This document shows, in pieces, positions 13,762 to 27,553 of a DNA stretch of 64,000 nt; positions within the stretch are counted from its first letter, which is position 1; each line of letters starts with the position of its first letter. A program made the position numbers and the translations under genes. The stretch is taken from the NCBI RefSeq assembly GCF_963921235.1, contig NC_086097.1, positions 135,162,001 to 135,226,000 of the forward strand. Direction: 5' to 3'. The notes beneath the pieces were generated by a model. The model was given only the letters and a program-made list of their open reading frames with translations. It was not told the origin of the DNA and did not search any database. The DNA comes from Mobula hypostoma. Its lineage: Eukaryota.

Positions 13762-13958
13762 TTCTTCAGGCTTTGGAAATCCTTCCGGTTGCACCACCAC
13801 CAGAACCACAGCGTCTCTCAGAGGAGGAAGTTATACGGCTGGAAGAGGAGGAGGAAGTCACTTTACGGGAGCTCAGGCTCTTCCTTCGAGATGTGACACA
13901 CAGACTGGCAAATGATAAACGCTTTAGAGCATTCACCAAGCCTGTTGATGTAGAGGAG
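13762..13958 (+). CDS. ATAD2: ATAD2 exon (bromodomain N-terminal part)
   Basis: ccctag|TTCTT...GAG|gtatat; ILQALEILPVAPPPEP...TLRELRLFLRDVTHRLANDKRFRAFTKPVDVEE. Confidence 0.95.
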
Positions 13959-14145
13959 GTATATATTAAACTCAGTGACGTATGTTGCCCCCTGAGTGTT
14001 TTAGATTTTACAGTGGAGCAAAATGCCATATGATCTCCTAATGAAATGTTGAGGAAATACGGAAATGGGTGAAGTTTTTTTTTGCTCTAATTCCTGTTAA
14101 AACTTTAATATTCATCTAGAGCCTTTTGTATCTCCAAGAAGGTAT

Positions 14146-17100
14146 AGCAGGCAACGGAGTTTGCGGGCTGCAGAGTGAGCCAGGAGCAGAGTGAAGGCTT
14201 AAGGGCTTTGGCTAAACGGGCTTAGGCGCAACCAGGCGAGGCGAAGAGGGTTTGGTTATTCATTTTTTTTTTCACTGTTATTTGAAGAGAGGGGGATGTA
14301 TGACTGTGAGGGCAGCTTGTTGTTCTCAGTGCCGGATGTGGGAGGTAGTAGTGTCTCCAAGCCTCCCGGACGTCCACATCTGCGCCAGGTGCGTCGACAT
14401 GCAGCTCCTAAGACAGCGCGTTAGGAAACTGGAGCTGCAGCTTGATGACCTTCGTCTTATCAGGGAGAGTGAAGAGTTGATAGGGAGAAGTTACAGGCAG
14501 GTGATCACACCGGAGCCACGGGAGGCAGACAAGTGGGTCAAGGTTAAGAGGGGGAATAGGAAGAATGGAGTAATAGAGAGTGCCCCTGTGGCTGTGGCTG
14601 TGCCCCGTGACAATAAGCACTCCTGTTTGAGTACTGTTGCGGGGGGACAGCATACCTGGAGGAAGCAACACTGGTCGTGCCTCCGGCACAGAGTCCAGCC
14701 TTGTAGCTAAGAAGGGTAGGGAACGGAAGAGGAGGGCAATAGTAATAGTAGACTCAATAGTTAGGGAGTCAGATAGATGATTCTGTGGATGAAGTCCGGA
14801 GACCCGGATGGTAGTTTACCTCCCTGGTGCCAGGGTCCGTGATGTTTCTGATCGCGTCCAAGAGATCTTGAAGTGGGAGGGAGAGGAGCCAGAGGACGTG
14901 GTACATATAGGTACCAATGACATAGGTTAGAAAAGGGGGAGAGGTCCTGAAAGAAGAGTATCGGGAGTTAGGGAGGGAGTTGAGAAAAAGGACCGCAAAG
15001 GTAGTAATCTCGGGATTACTGCCTGTGCTACGCGACAGTGAGAGTAGGAATGCAATGAGATGCAGGGTAAATGCGTGGCTGAGAGATTGGAGCAAGGGGC
15101 AGGATTCAGGTTTGTGGATCATTAAGACCACTATTGGCGCAGGCATGACCTGTACAAAGGGGACGGGTTGCACTTGAATCATAGGGGGACCAATATCCTG
15201 GCGGGGAGATTTGCGAGGGCTACTGAGATGACTTTAAACTAGAATGGGGGGAGGGAATCAAATTAAGGAGACTAGGAGAGGCGAGGTTGATGTAGCGGAA
15301 AAAGAAGAAGGTAACAAAGTTGTTTGCTCAATTACGGATAAACAGAGTGGGAGCTGGAGGGTTTCTTAAATGCATCTATTTTAATGCTAGGAGCATTGTA
15401 AGAAAGGTGGATGAGCTCAGAGCATAGACTGATACCTGGAAATATGATGTTGTAGCTATTAGTGAAACGTGGTTGCAGAGGGGTGTGATTAGCAACTAAA
15501 TATTCCAGGATTTCGTTGTTTCAGGTGTGATAGAATAGGAGGGGCAAGAGGGGGAGGTGTTGCATTGCTTGTCAGAGATTATTTAACAGCAGTGCTCTGG
15601 CAGGATAGATTAGTGGACTCGTCTAGGGAGGCTATTTGGGTGGAATTGAGGAATAGGAAAGGTGTTGTGACACTTATAGGGGTGTATTATAGACCACCTA
15701 ATGGGGACCGAGAACTGGAGGAGCAAATTTGTAAGGAGATGGCAGATATTTGTAATAAGCACAAGGTTGTGATTGTGGGAGATTTTAACTTTCCACACTT
15801 AGACTGGGAAGCCCATTCTGTAAAAGGGCTGGATGGTTTGGAGTTTGTAAAATGTGTGCAGGATAATTTTTTGAAGCAATACGTAGAGGTACCAACTAGA
15901 GAAGGGGCAGTGTTGGATCTCCTGTTAGGGAATGAGACAGGGCAGGTGACAGAGGTTTGTGTTGGGGAGCACTTCGGGTCCAGTGATCACAATACAATTA
16001 GTTTCAGTGTAATTATGGAGAAGGATAGGCCTAGACCTAGGATTGAGATTTTTGATTGGAGAAAGGCTAACTTTGAGGAGATGCGAAAGGATTTAGAAGG
16101 AGTGGATTGGGACAATTTGTTTTATGGGAAGGATGTAACAGAGAAATGGAGGTCATTTAAAGGTGAAATTTTGATGGTTCAGAATCATTATGTTCCTGTT
16201 AGGTTGAAAGTAAAGGTTTGAGAAAGCCATGGTTTTCAAGAGATATTAGAAACTTGGTTCAGAAAAAGAGAGGGATCTTCAATAAATATAGGCAGCTTGG
16301 AGTTAATGAGGTACTCAAGGAATACAAAGAATGTAAAAAGAATCTTAAAGAAATTAGAAAAGCTAAAAGAAGATACGAGGCTGCTTTGGCAAGTAAGGTG
16401 AAAATAAATCCAAAGGGTTTCTACAGTTATGTTAGTGGCAAAAAGATAATGAGGGATAAAATTGGTCCCTTGGAGAATCAGAATGGACGGCTATGTGCGG
16501 AGCCAAAAGAGGTGGGGGAGATTTTGAACAATTTCTTCGGTATTCACTAAGGAGAAGGATATTGAATTGTGTAAGGTAAAGGAAACAAGTAGGGTAGTTA
16601 CGGAAAGTATGACAACTAAAGAAGAGGAAGTACTGGCACTTTTAAGGAATATAAAAGTGGATAAGTCTCCAGGTTCGGACAAGATATTCCCTAGGACTTT
16701 GAGGGAAGTTAGTGTAGAAATAGCAGGGGCTCTGACAGAAATATTTCAAATGTCATTAGAAATGAGGATGGTGCCGGAGGATTGGTGTATTGCTCATGTG
16801 GTTCCATTGTTTAAAAAGGGTTCTAAGAGTAAACCCGGCAATTATTGGCCTGTGAGTTTGACGTCAGTGGTGGGTAAATTGATGGAAAGTATTCTTAGAG
16901 ATGGTATATATAATTATCTGGATGGACAGGGTCTGATTAGGAACAGTCAACATGGCTTTGTGCATGGAAGATCATGTTTGACAGATCTTATTGAATTTTT
17001 TTGAAGAGGTTACTAAGAAAGATGACGAGGGTAAAACAGTGGATGTTGTCTATACGGACTTCAGTAAGGCCTTTGACAAGGTTCCACACAGAAGGTTAAA

Positions 17101-18893
17101 TCGTTAGACATTAATATGGAAGTAGTAAAATGGATTCAGCAGTGGCCAGATGGGAGACGCCAGAGAGTAGTGGTGGATAACTGTGTGTCAGATTGGAGGA
17201 CGGTGTGTAGCGGTGTGCCTCGGGGATCTGTACTGGGTCCAATGTTATTTGTAATATACATTAATGATCTGGATAATGGGGTGGTAAATTGGATTAGTAA
17301 GTATGCAGATGATACTAAGATAGGTGGTGTGGATGATGAGGTAGGTTTTCAGAACTTGCAGAGAGATTTAGGACAGTTAGAAGAGTGGGCTGAAAGATGG
17401 CAGATGGAGTTTAATGCTGAAAAATGTGAGGTGCTACATTTTGGTAGAACTAATCAAAATAGGACATACATGGTAAATGGTAGGGCATTAAAGAGTGCTT
17501 TAGAACAGAGGGATCTAGGAAGAATGGTGCATAGTTCCCTGAAGATGGAATCTCATGTGGATAGGGTGGTGAAGAAAGCTTTTGGTTTGCTGGCCTTCAT
17601 TAATCAGAGCATTGAGTATAGGAGTTGGGATGTAATGTTGAATTTATACAAGGCATTGGTTGGGCCAAATCTGGAGTGTTGTGTACAGTTTCGGTCACCA
17701 AATTATAGGAAAGATGCCAATAAAATTGAGAGAGTACAGAGGAGGTTTACTAAAATGTTGCCTGGGTTTCATCTAAGTTACAGAGAAAGGTTGAACAAGT
17801 TAGGTCTTTATTCTTTGGAGTGTAGAAGGTTGAAGGGGGACTTGATAGAGGTGTTTAAAATTATGAGGGGGATTGATAGAGTTGACGTGGTTAGACTTTT
17901 TCCATTGAGAATGGGGAAGATTCAAATAAGAGGACATGGGTTGAGAATTAGAGGACAAAAGTTTAGAGGTAACATGAGGGGGAACTTCTCTACTCAGAGT
18001 GGTAGCTGTGTGGAATGAGCTTCCAGCAGAAGTGGTTGAGGCAGGTTCTATTGTCGTTTAAAGTTAAATTGGATAGATATATGGACAGGAAAGGAATGGA
18101 AGGTTATGGGCTGAGTGCAGGTCGGTGGCACTAGTGTAGCCCCCCGGCCAGCCTCAGGGTCGCTTGGCTCGCTGTCGTCTAGGGAAACAGCCCTCGGCCC
18201 CGCCAAACTGGGTAATTAGTTTGCGTGGATGCTGTGTGATGTACCCCACTCCGCCCAAATAACAGACAATACACCAGATACGATTAAATGATTTACAGTT
18301 TATAGATATTACTGGAACTATATAATTAACAGAGAATAAAATATAAAAGGCGCCCCACTTATCAAAGTTCAATCTCTTCATGCACAAAACAGTTGGAGAT
18401 CAGGACCCTTCTTCTTCACCCTGTGACCCCTTGGACCACCTCAACTGGCCGCCTGGGACCAACAACAGTGGTCGACCAGACGCTCCACACGAGTCCGTCT
18501 CCTCTCCTCGCCGAACGCCCTCTTCGGGGTCTGACCCCGTTAGCCGACATCACAGCACCTGGTCCATCCTCTATCTCTCTCTCCCGCCTTCTCCCCCAAA
18601 ACACCGCACATACAATATCTTCAAATACACCAAAAACATAACTATCCCAACTGGTTCGTAACATATTCTTATCACACTCTAACCCAAAACTAGCTGCTAG
18701 CGCAAGAACTTTCTCAGCATTTAACATAACAAGGAAGCATTCCCAAGTATAACATAAAAAAGAAGCCATTTTAATTAGCCTACGCAGTAACATAAAAGAC
18801 GAAACCCCCTTACACTAGGATAGGGTAAGAGTTCGGCATGGGCTAGAAGGGCCGAGATGGCCTGTTTCCGTGCAGTAATTGTTATATGGTTAT
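14146..18893 (+). mobile_element. Near full-length CR1 LINE (ORF1 Zn-finger/coiled-coil/SGNH esterase; ORF2 APE + RT), disrupted
   Basis: ORF1 CSQC...CARC and VVHIGTND; APE VYYRPP, GDFNFP, SDHN; RT GVPRGSVLGP, KYADDTK; frameshifts and stops; 7-bp duplication AAGGTAT at 14139-14145 and 18894-18900. Confidence 0.92.
18135..18814. mobile_element. Solo LTR inserted in the CR1 3' end
   Basis: TGTA...TACA termini with 4-bp duplication CTAG (18131-18134, 18815-18818); CR1 tail resumes afterwards; CpG-rich. Confidence 0.8.
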
Positions 18894-19519
18894 AAGGTAT
18901 GACAATAGAAACCAAAGGTAAAACTGAACTGGGGGCCACAACTGGTATCAAAGCTGGAATTCAAAAAGTGGAAATCAGCAAAATATTGACAAAGTAGGCC
19001 TGGAAGCTGAACATGATTAGAAGATAAATGAGCTGATTTTAAAACGGTGAAGGAAAGAAGTTTAGACCATGGGAAGAGGCTCCTGGAGGAGCTTGGATGT
19101 TAGTGAATGTAGAGAGAGAATTAAAAACTCCATGGGCAACACAATGTACTAGAGGAACTCAGCAGGCCAGGCAGTATCTATGGAGTGAAATGAAATTTCA
19201 GGTTGAGTATTTTATCAGAACCCAAAGAAAATGAGGAAGGTAGCCGTTATAAATGATGGGCAGAAGGGGTGGAGCATGAACTGGTAGGTGATAGGTGTAT
19301 CCAGCTCGGCTGGATTGGATAATGTCAGAAACAGGACAGTGGTGAGTGGAAGTGAGAGAGCTGAAGCTGGAATCTCACAGCTTTCAGCTTGTGAATCGAG
19401 ACCATAGAACTTAAATTGCTTCATAGTAAAGACAAATGGAATGCTTTACTTTAAGGTGAGAAATTAAAGTAGTACACTTTTCACCCTTAACATGAGTATA
19501 ACAGATCCCTTGTGGGGTG

Positions 19520-21113
19520 CAGGTGCCAAGAATCAGCTGCTTTAAAAGGGGTAGAGAGGGGGATAAAGGGGAGGAGGGGTGGCATTACTGGTCAGGGATA
19601 CTATTACAGCTACAAAAAGGGTGGGTAATGTAGCAGTATCCTCTTTTAAGTCAGTATGGGTAGAAGTCAGGAACAGGAAGGGAGCAGTTACTCTATTGGG
19701 AGTATTCTATAGACCCCCTGGGAACAGCAGAGATACCGAGGAATAGATTGGGAGGCAGATTTTGGAAAGGTGCAAAAATAACAGGGTTGTTATCATGGGT
19801 GTCTTTAACTTCCCTAATATTGATTGGCACCTGATTAGTTCCAAGGGTTTAGACGGGGCAGAGTTTGTTAAGTGTGTCCAGGACGGATTCCTGTCACAGT
19901 ATGTTGACAGGCCGACTAGGAGGAATGCCATACTAGATCTAGTATTAGGTAACGAACTGGGTCAGGTCACGGATCTCTCAGTGGGTGAGCATCTGGGGGA
20001 CAGTGACCACTGCTCCCTGGCCTATAACATTATAATGGAAAAGGATAGAATCAGAGAGAACAGGAAAATTTTTAATGGAAAATTTTTAATTGGGGAAGGG
20101 CAAATTATGAGGCTATAAGGCTAGAACTTGTGGGTGTGAATTGGGATGATGTTTTTGCAGGGAAATGTACTATGGACATGTGGTCGATGTTTAGGGATCT
20201 TGCAGGATGTAAGGGATAAATTTGTCCTGGTGAGGAAGATAAAGAATAGTAGGGTGAAGGAACCATGGGTGACAAGTGAGGTGGAAAATCTAGTCAGGTG
20301 GAAGAAGGCAGCATACATGAGGTTTAGGAAGCAAGGATCAGATGGGTCTATTGAGGAATATAGGGTAGCAAGAAAGGAGCTTAAGAAGGGGCTGAGGAGA
20401 GCCAGAAGGGGGCATGAGAAGGCCTTGGTGAGTAGGGTAAAGGAAAACCCCTTTACTTGGTAGTGTGGAGGAGCAGAGGAATCTGGGGGTACATGCCCAC
20501 AGATCCCTGAAAGTTGCCTCACAGGTGGATAGGGTAGTTGAGAAAGCTTATGGGGTGTTAGCCTTCATAAGTTGAGGGATAGAGTTTGAGTCGCGAGGTA
20601 ATGATGCAGCTCTATAAAACTCTGGTTAGGCCACACTTGGAGTACTGTGTCCAGTTCTGGTCACCTCACTATAGGAAGGATGTGGAAGCATTGGAAAGGA
20701 TACAGAGGAGATTTACCAGGATGCTGCCTGGTTTAGAGTATGCATTATGATCAGAGATTAAGGGAGCTCGGGCTTTACTCTTTGGAGAGAGTATTAAGAG
20801 GAATAGATAGTGGACAGCCAGTGCCTCTTCCCCAGGGCACCACTTCTCAATACAAGAGGACATGGCTTTAAGGTAAGTGGTGGGAAGATCAAGGGGAATA
20901 TTAGAGGAAGGTTTTTTACTCAAGAGTGGTTGGTGCATGGAATGCACTGCCTGAGTCAGTGGTGGAGGCAGATACACTAGTGAAATTTAAGAGGCTACTA
21001 GACAGGTATATGGAGGAATTTAAGGTGGGGTGTTATATGGGAGGCAGGGTTTAAGGGTCGGCACAACATTGTGGGCTGAAGCACCTGTGCTGTGCTGTAC
21101 TATTCTATGTTCT
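19520..21113 (+). mobile_element. 5'-truncated, internally deleted CR1
   Basis: APE fragment jumps at ~20451 to post-RT sequence; ends ctattctatgttct; same subfamily as 31441-33912. Confidence 0.85.
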
Positions 21114-21720
21114 CTGAAGTTGGTAGAAGGCAAGGTAGTTGTAACGTCAATGCAAGCATTCATTGGAAAATGCTTCTACGTTTGTACCTTTCACGTATCT
21201 ATAACAAAGGGTCTTTGTAAAGACTAAACATTCCAGTGTAAATAACTTGGAAAGTGGTGACTGCCATCTAATGGCATAAGCAAACTGATTGCGTGGGATG
21301 GCTGATCAGATAAGTAACTAATTTATAATGTGAAATTCAAGTATTGTTGGAGTTAAGTGTTTTAGTGGCATATTGAGAGACTACCTACTTAAAGGTAACC
21401 AAATTGAAAATCAGTTTGTTCCAGCCCACTTTCACCTTAAGTTTCCTGATGTCGCTATGGCAACAAGTGCTAATAATTGCTGGTGGAAGTTTATACATAC
21501 TAGTTTGACAAATTATTTTTTATTTTTAACATTTTTACAATTTTTGAAATTACTGAGATGAACGGGTTCCTGGATGATAAAGGAATGAAGATGAATTATG
21601 ATAGTGCACTAAGGGTGGTATTTTCCTGTTCAGCTTTTTAATATGATGAACTTAAATTTTGCCTGCACGTATTTTTTTTCAGTATTTTACAACTAACAAA
21701 ATAAGCTGCTTTTCTATTAG

Positions 21721-21880
21721 GTTCCAGATTACTGTACAGTTATCAAACAACCAATGGATCTCTCGACAGTAATGTCAAACATTGATCTGCACAAATACAT
21801 GACTGCAAAAGAGTATCTGCATGACGTAGAGTTGATCTGCAGTAATGCATTGGAGTATAATCCGGACAGAGATCCTGCTG
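21721..21880 (+). CDS. ATAD2: ATAD2 exon (bromodomain core)
   Basis: ctattag|GTT...GCTG|gtgagg; VPDYCTVIKQPMDLSTVMSNIDLHKYMTAKEYLHDVELICSNALEYNPDRDPA, retaining the conserved acetyl-lysine pocket Tyr and Asn. Confidence 0.95.
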
Positions 21881-21914
21881 GTGAGGAACTAAAGAGGAAA
21901 TCTATATTACTTTT

Positions 21915-22140
21915 TTTTTAAGAGATGTAGAATAGGTCCTTTCAGCCCAATGACCCACATGATTTAACCGTATCCTAATCACAGGTGAATTTACAATGAT
22001 CAATTAACCTACTAAATTGTACAGCTTTGGAGCGTCGGAGGGCATTGGAGCACTCAGAAGAAATCCCGCTGTTATGGGGGTGGGGAAAACATACAAACTC
22101 CTTGTAGACGGCATTGTAACAGCATTGCCACGCTCCGAGG
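21915..22140 (-). mobile_element. V-SINE/HE1-like SINE; further copies at ~45900-46165 and ~53486-53762
   Basis: ctaatcacagg..aatttacaatga..aattaacctactaa plus a V-domain-like segment, clearest as ggaaaccggagcacccgaaggaaacc in the 53.6 kb copy. Confidence 0.7.
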
Positions 22141-22560
22141 GCACCCCTATTGACCACTAAAAGTGTTCCAAGTTATAATCTTGATTCGTGAAAAGGCCGT
22201 TGTGAAGGATGAATTTTGGCACTCAATTATATTTTTTTTCTTCTATAATGTACCATGGGGAGAAAAACTAACCCCATCTAGAATATGGGTTTTTAATCAG
22301 AGGGATGATTGCTACAACTAACATACAAGTTTGATTTCTGGCTATTTTCTAGTAGTTGTAGGGCTTCAATGTTATATGTAGAGTGGAGCTTTTAAAAGCA
22401 CAATGTTTCTGCATTGCAGATAAAATTGTTCAAATTAGTCTAAAGATCAATTTAACAGTGAAGCTTTTATTAGACTATTGATTTTCCCTTTGTAGGTTTA
22501 AATTCAAATGTAGCTTATTAATGCTTCTAAAGAATGAATAACATAATATTGTTTCTTAAG

Positions 22561-22683
22561 ATCGTATGATCAGACACAGAGCCTGTGCTTTGAAAGACAC
22601 TGCCTATGCCATCATCAAATCTGAACTCGATGAAGAATTTGAAAAACTTTGTGATGAAATTCAAGAATCTCGGAAAAACAGAG
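22561..22683 (+). CDS. ATAD2: ATAD2 exon (bromodomain C-terminal helix)
   Basis: cttaag|ATCGT...AGAG|gtataa; DRMIRHRACALKDTAYAIIKSELDEEFEKLCDEIQESRKNR. Confidence 0.95.
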
Positions 22684-22903
22684 GTATAATTATTTACTTT
22701 ACCTAGTATTAAAATGAAAATCTAACAGTCGTCTCCTGCGGAATATCCCCCTAATAATCTGTATCAGAAACAGTAATATTTAAAATAGTCCCAGATATTT
22801 ACCAATATTAATTGAATGCCATGAGATGTTAAACCCTGATTTAAAGAGGGAAAAAGTGAATTTTAAATATTATGTTCTTCAGTTCTTGACATTATTATTC
22901 TAG

Positions 22904-23047
22904 GCTGTTACTCTTCCAAATTTGCACCAACATTTTATCATGTGCTACCAAGGAATTCAACGACAGATAAAAAGTCAGGTCCAGAGCTTTCCTCTCAAAG
23001 AATTGCCTTATCATCACCAATATCTGCAAGCACACCTTCAACTTCAG
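22904..23047 (+). CDS. ATAD2: ATAD2 exon
   Basis: ttctag|GCTGT...TCAG|gtgagt; GCYSSKFAPTFYHVLPRNSTTDKKSGPELSSQRIALSSPISASTPSTS. Confidence 0.92.
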
Positions 23048-23631
23048 GTGAGTCCTGCTAGAGTTTTTAGAAATTTCCCAAATCAATCTGCATTTTGTAG
23101 ATGCTTTTACAATACAAATATTTTCATTTCCACATCAAAATTGTATGAATTTAAATACATTTAACCAAGCAAATACGTAAACTTATGATCCCCTCAATTT
23201 TAATTTCGCAGCCTTGGTTTCTCATTCCTTCAAGGTCTCAATCTGTTTGGGTAATTTCTTCCCATTGCAAGCCCTTTGGATAATTTGCATTCCTCCACTT
23301 CTGTCCTCGGGCTCATCTGAGTTTCATCTTCTCACTCATGGTATTTGGTTCTGGCCTTAAATTCCCATCCCAAACATCTAAATACTCCCTCAATATATTC
23401 CTGGTTAACTAAATTTTAAGTTCTCTTCCCTAATATTTTCCTGTCTGGCCCATAGTAGCTTTTATGAATTGTTTTTAAATGTTGTTAAAGAAGCAATGTG
23501 AGTGAAGTTTGCTTTAAACTGTTAAGAGTCAAATCAAAATGACAGATCATCAAAGACAATGAACTGTATATGAAAAAATGTCTATTAGACTGCTTATTAC
23601 TCTTCTGCGCAGTAACAGATTATTTGTGCAG

Positions 23632-24054
23632 GTCATTCAAAGAGGAAACACCGTAAAAGAAGATGGCACCATGGTTTGTTTGCATGTAAACGCAAGAGGC
23701 TGCAACAAAACACGTCTGAGGATGCAGACAGTGAAGATATAATTGAAGGAAAAGATAAACCACATGATTTGAGAGTAGATAAGACGGACCGCAACAGAGA
23801 GAGCTCCCTAGAAACTTCGAAGCAACATCTTTATAATGAATGTGGCAACATTAATTCAACTGAGAAGTTTATTGAAGAGTATCCTGACACACTTGTGTCT
23901 GCTAGTGAAACCACATGCAAGAAGAGAAAGCTTTCCACCAATGAGACAGAAATGGAAGAAAATGTACTGGGCAATGATAATTGTCATAAAAACCATCAAC
24001 TGGAGATAAATGAGCACAGGCAAAAGAAGGGAGGAAATCCAAATCATTTTGCAG
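23632..24054 (+). CDS. ATAD2: ATAD2 exon (divergent low-complexity region)
   Basis: tgtgcag|GTCAT...GCAG|gtttgt; GHSKRKHRKRRWHHGLFACKRKRLQQ...; open frame, phase 1 at both ends as required. Confidence 0.85.
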
Positions 24055-25204
24055 GTTTGTATATATTTGAAAGTACTAGTTGTGCAGTTATTTTTGCAGT
24101 ACATTTTTTCTTAGCATTGTGTGGAATAATTATGTTCTTCAATAGTTTGAGCAGTTGGGGGAAGAGAATGCAAATGAAACGTGTTTTGCCTATAGCTGAC
24201 ATGATAGTGTCAGAAGCAAACATGATTTTGTAAAATTAAAGGCATGGAAAATCGATAATGTGCAGTTAGTAACTTTTATATTGACAATTTAACCTCAAAT
24301 GCAATTCCATGGATGATTATTTAAAATATGAAACAGTACATTTCAAAAATACTTTAAATGTTAAATCTCTCACTCAGTCCAGAAGGTGTGGAGAACATGC
24401 TGTAAGTTTAAAAAAAAACAATGGCAATGTTCACATTGAACCTGGTGCACTGTTTCACCACCCTGACCAATATATTGTTAGCTAATTAAAGTTTGTTGGC
24501 CTTAATGGTAGCAAGATGATTAAAACAATTTTTCAGCCGCTCAGTGCTGTGTTCATAAATTACTTGGTTACTCTTTCAGGGATTTATAATCTGAGCTTTT
24601 ATTTTGTTTCATTGCACTTGTGTTGATCATGAAGAACATCATGTTCTGGATATTCCCTTCCAGTTCCATCTAAAAATAGATATGGAGCATTCAGTGCTTG
24701 TTAGGCTCTTGCTGAGAATAACTATCAGCATTTTTTATTCACAGAACACAGGCATCCTTCATGCCTTGCTCTGCCATTTCAGAAGATAGTTAATTTTTCT
24801 TATACCATGCAAGTCCTTGGTGAGTTTTCCATTAGTTCATACTTTAAAGAATGCTTGACATAGCTTCTGATATAATCTGGAATCATTTGAGGAAAAACAT
24901 GGAACCAGACTGAGTGCTAATGTTTGTGTTGTTTTTCTAAATAATTTGCCCTCATTTAATTGCTGATTTCTCCCCCTTTGCATGTCCCTAACTGGAAGAG
25001 TTTGAGCTAGTTTTTGTGTTTTGTCTTATAACTCCCACATTTTTGGCAGCGTTCATTACTTTGGGGTGAGGTTGAGTGGATATTATTATGAATGATGTAG
25101 CAAAGGCTTTTAGAAGTTAAGTTAATGAAGATCTTAAAGATGAAAAAGAATTCTGCAGAATTATGAACACCACTAAAATTGCTATTTGTATTTTCTCTAC
25201 CAAG

Positions 25205-25338
25205 ATCATTCTACTCTGCAAATGACCTGGTGTAAACGAGTCCCTGTGGAACAGCAGCAACAAATTAATGTTGAGAAAGCAGTCAAGGTCCTATCTGAAC
25301 ATGCTCCTCCTTTAATTGTAGATCACAAAAGGCTAATG
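25205..25338 (+). CDS. ATAD2: ATAD2 exon
   Basis: taccaag|ATCAT...ATG|gtaggt; DHSTLQMTWCKRVPVEQQQQINVEKAVKVLSEHAPPLIVDHKRLM. Confidence 0.9.
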
Positions 25339-25778
25339 GTAGGTTCGCGTATAAACTGACATTGCTATCAGCATTTTCCTTGCCATCAGCAATTTTTGTG
25401 GTTCATTTATTCTGTCAACTGCATTCACCTTAAATTTTACTTATCTCTATACTGCCTCTATAAAAATGTGAAACTTAAAGGAATGTTAATTTACTAATTG
25501 TTTTAATGCAATAAAAGTGTTGAGATTTATTATCAATATGTTCAGTAAATAAATTTAAATTCTGGATGTCAAGAAACCTTGGTGTTATGAGTCATCTTCA
25601 TAAAGTGAAACCTCCAATGTAAAGGATATTGCTCTTTAGCCCATAAATTTTAACTAACAGATTTGCGGCCTAGTTAAATTTCTAACAAGATAAATATTGT
25701 AGAATTGAGTCAAATAAGATCTTAACTGCCCAATCAATATTGACTGTTAAATGTTCTTTTAATCTGGTTCACATACAG

Positions 25779-25907
25779 GACCTCTGGAAACAGATTACTC
25801 TGAAAAGTGAACGATGCACTGTAACTCATCTTGAAAAGTTGTATGCTGTGCTCAGTCAATGCATCTATTATCATCGTAAGGAGTTTGATAAGACGACGTT
25901 AATACAT
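25779..25907 (+). CDS. ATAD2: ATAD2 penultimate exon (C-terminal domain)
   Basis: atacag|GAC...CAT|gtaagt; DLWKQITLKSERCTVTHLEKLYAVLSQCIYYHRKEFDKTTLIH. Confidence 0.93.
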
Positions 25908-27287
25908 GTAAGTATTTTGAAACAATGCATTTACTTTTAGATCTAGACCATTGGTATTTAACAGCTTTACTATGATGCATTGTTTATGCTGAAAATAAGA
26001 TTAATTCATCTCTTATTTACAAATTACACATTTGTGGGAAAGTAATATTGGCGTTAGATGTCTAAAATGTTCTTTGGTAGACTTGGGATGGAAAGAAAGT
26101 ACCACACTATCACTGAGTAAAACTAGGAATACTAGAAACATTCAGCAAGTCGAGCAGCAACCACAAAGCAAACAAAATTAATGTATTATCACAAAAAGAA
26201 GTTCAAGTTAAATAAGTTTAAGCAAGAAACTAGTAAAGTAATGATATGGCAATGTTTACTGTTGATACATTTAAAAATAAATCAATGATATTTATACTTT
26301 GAGAGACTTAGACGTGGTAAGCTTGATGTCAAAAATTTTCAAGGATTCTTCTACAACTGACAATTATCTTTCTGGAATAATTAGATTTCATTTCCTTGGT
26401 TGTACCTATCAGTCATAGTCACATGATTTGCTGGTCAGTACATAAATCACGTCTTGGTTATCTGTTGATTGGATAGATCTTTTCTCTGCTTCCCACTTCT
26501 ATCTAATTTAAACTCTGTTCCTTTACTGCCTGTTATCCCTTTAAGTTACAGGGAGAGCAAGGTGGGGTAGAAAAGGAATGTTTGATAGGATGGGGAAACT
26601 CAGGTGCCACCATTCTATCAATGTTCTGAAAAGACCATTCCTTCTGGGGTCACTGGATCATTCTTCCGTCTCCAATACTCCCTTTCTCATGCAACTTTAC
26701 ATTGCAAGATCTGTCTTTCTATATTCTTCCTGCTATTCAAAACACCACTGCATTTTGCAGAATCTTGAAGCAGTGCCAGTTTAGTATTTAACACTGTGGA
26801 ATAAGACTGAGTTTCAGCTTTGCAGAACACCTCCCCTATTCAGTGTGCAAGGGTGGTTGTAATGGGGTCTGGCATCCGAATTTTGCTTCCACAGACACTT
26901 CACCTGTTGAGTGTTTCCAGCATTTTCTATTTTTACTCAAACTTTGGGCTCTCCTATTTCCTGCTTCTGATTCCAGTATGTGAATTCTTGTGAGATTTAG
27001 ATTTAAGTTTGAAATACACTATAGTGCTTTGTGATGTCTATGGGGTCTGTGGTAGAAAGAGAAATTGCTTTCAACTTCTCTATATCCAGAAGGAAATTCA
27101 GCTGAAGATTTCATTGCAGAATTCGATTATAATTATGCTTTTAATGAGGAAATCACCTTCAATGGGGGGCGGGGAAAATCTTTGTCCTTTAAGATATTGA
27201 TTATAAAAAATTAAGTTTTAATAAAAGTAGCATTTCAGAGTAAGTGTAAATGAATATCATTGATTTTTACTTTCTCTCGTTCTGTAG

Positions 27288-27326
27288 GAAATGGAAAATG
27301 AAATGAGGAAATTATGTCAGTCTTAA
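27288..27326 (+). CDS. ATAD2: ATAD2 last coding exon with stop
   Basis: ttctgtag|GAAATGGAAAATGAAATGAGGAAATTATGTCAGTCTTAA; EMENEMRKLCQS*, resembling the ATAD2 C-terminal helix. Confidence 0.88.
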   Translation, partial: EMENEMRKLCQS

Positions 27327-27553
27327 GCATGTGAAATGTGAATGGATTTTGAATTGTTTCCAGTTACTGTTTTGGACTGGTTGTTTTTTTAAATATATGT
27401 ATAATGTTAATGGCTGTAACAATTTAAAGCTATTCTCATTTATTAACCAAAAAGTTGTATTTTAATGTAAATAGATAGTTCAGCAAAAATGAAGTGGTAT
27501 GTTAAGTACACCTTTTGCCACATGTTTCTCATGAGCTTTTGTAATTTGTATAA

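Noticed and set aside
17116..18018. 300-aa reverse-transcriptase ORF as a domesticated gene
   Set aside because: It is one fragment of a frameshifted CR1 ORF2 bounded by target-site duplications.
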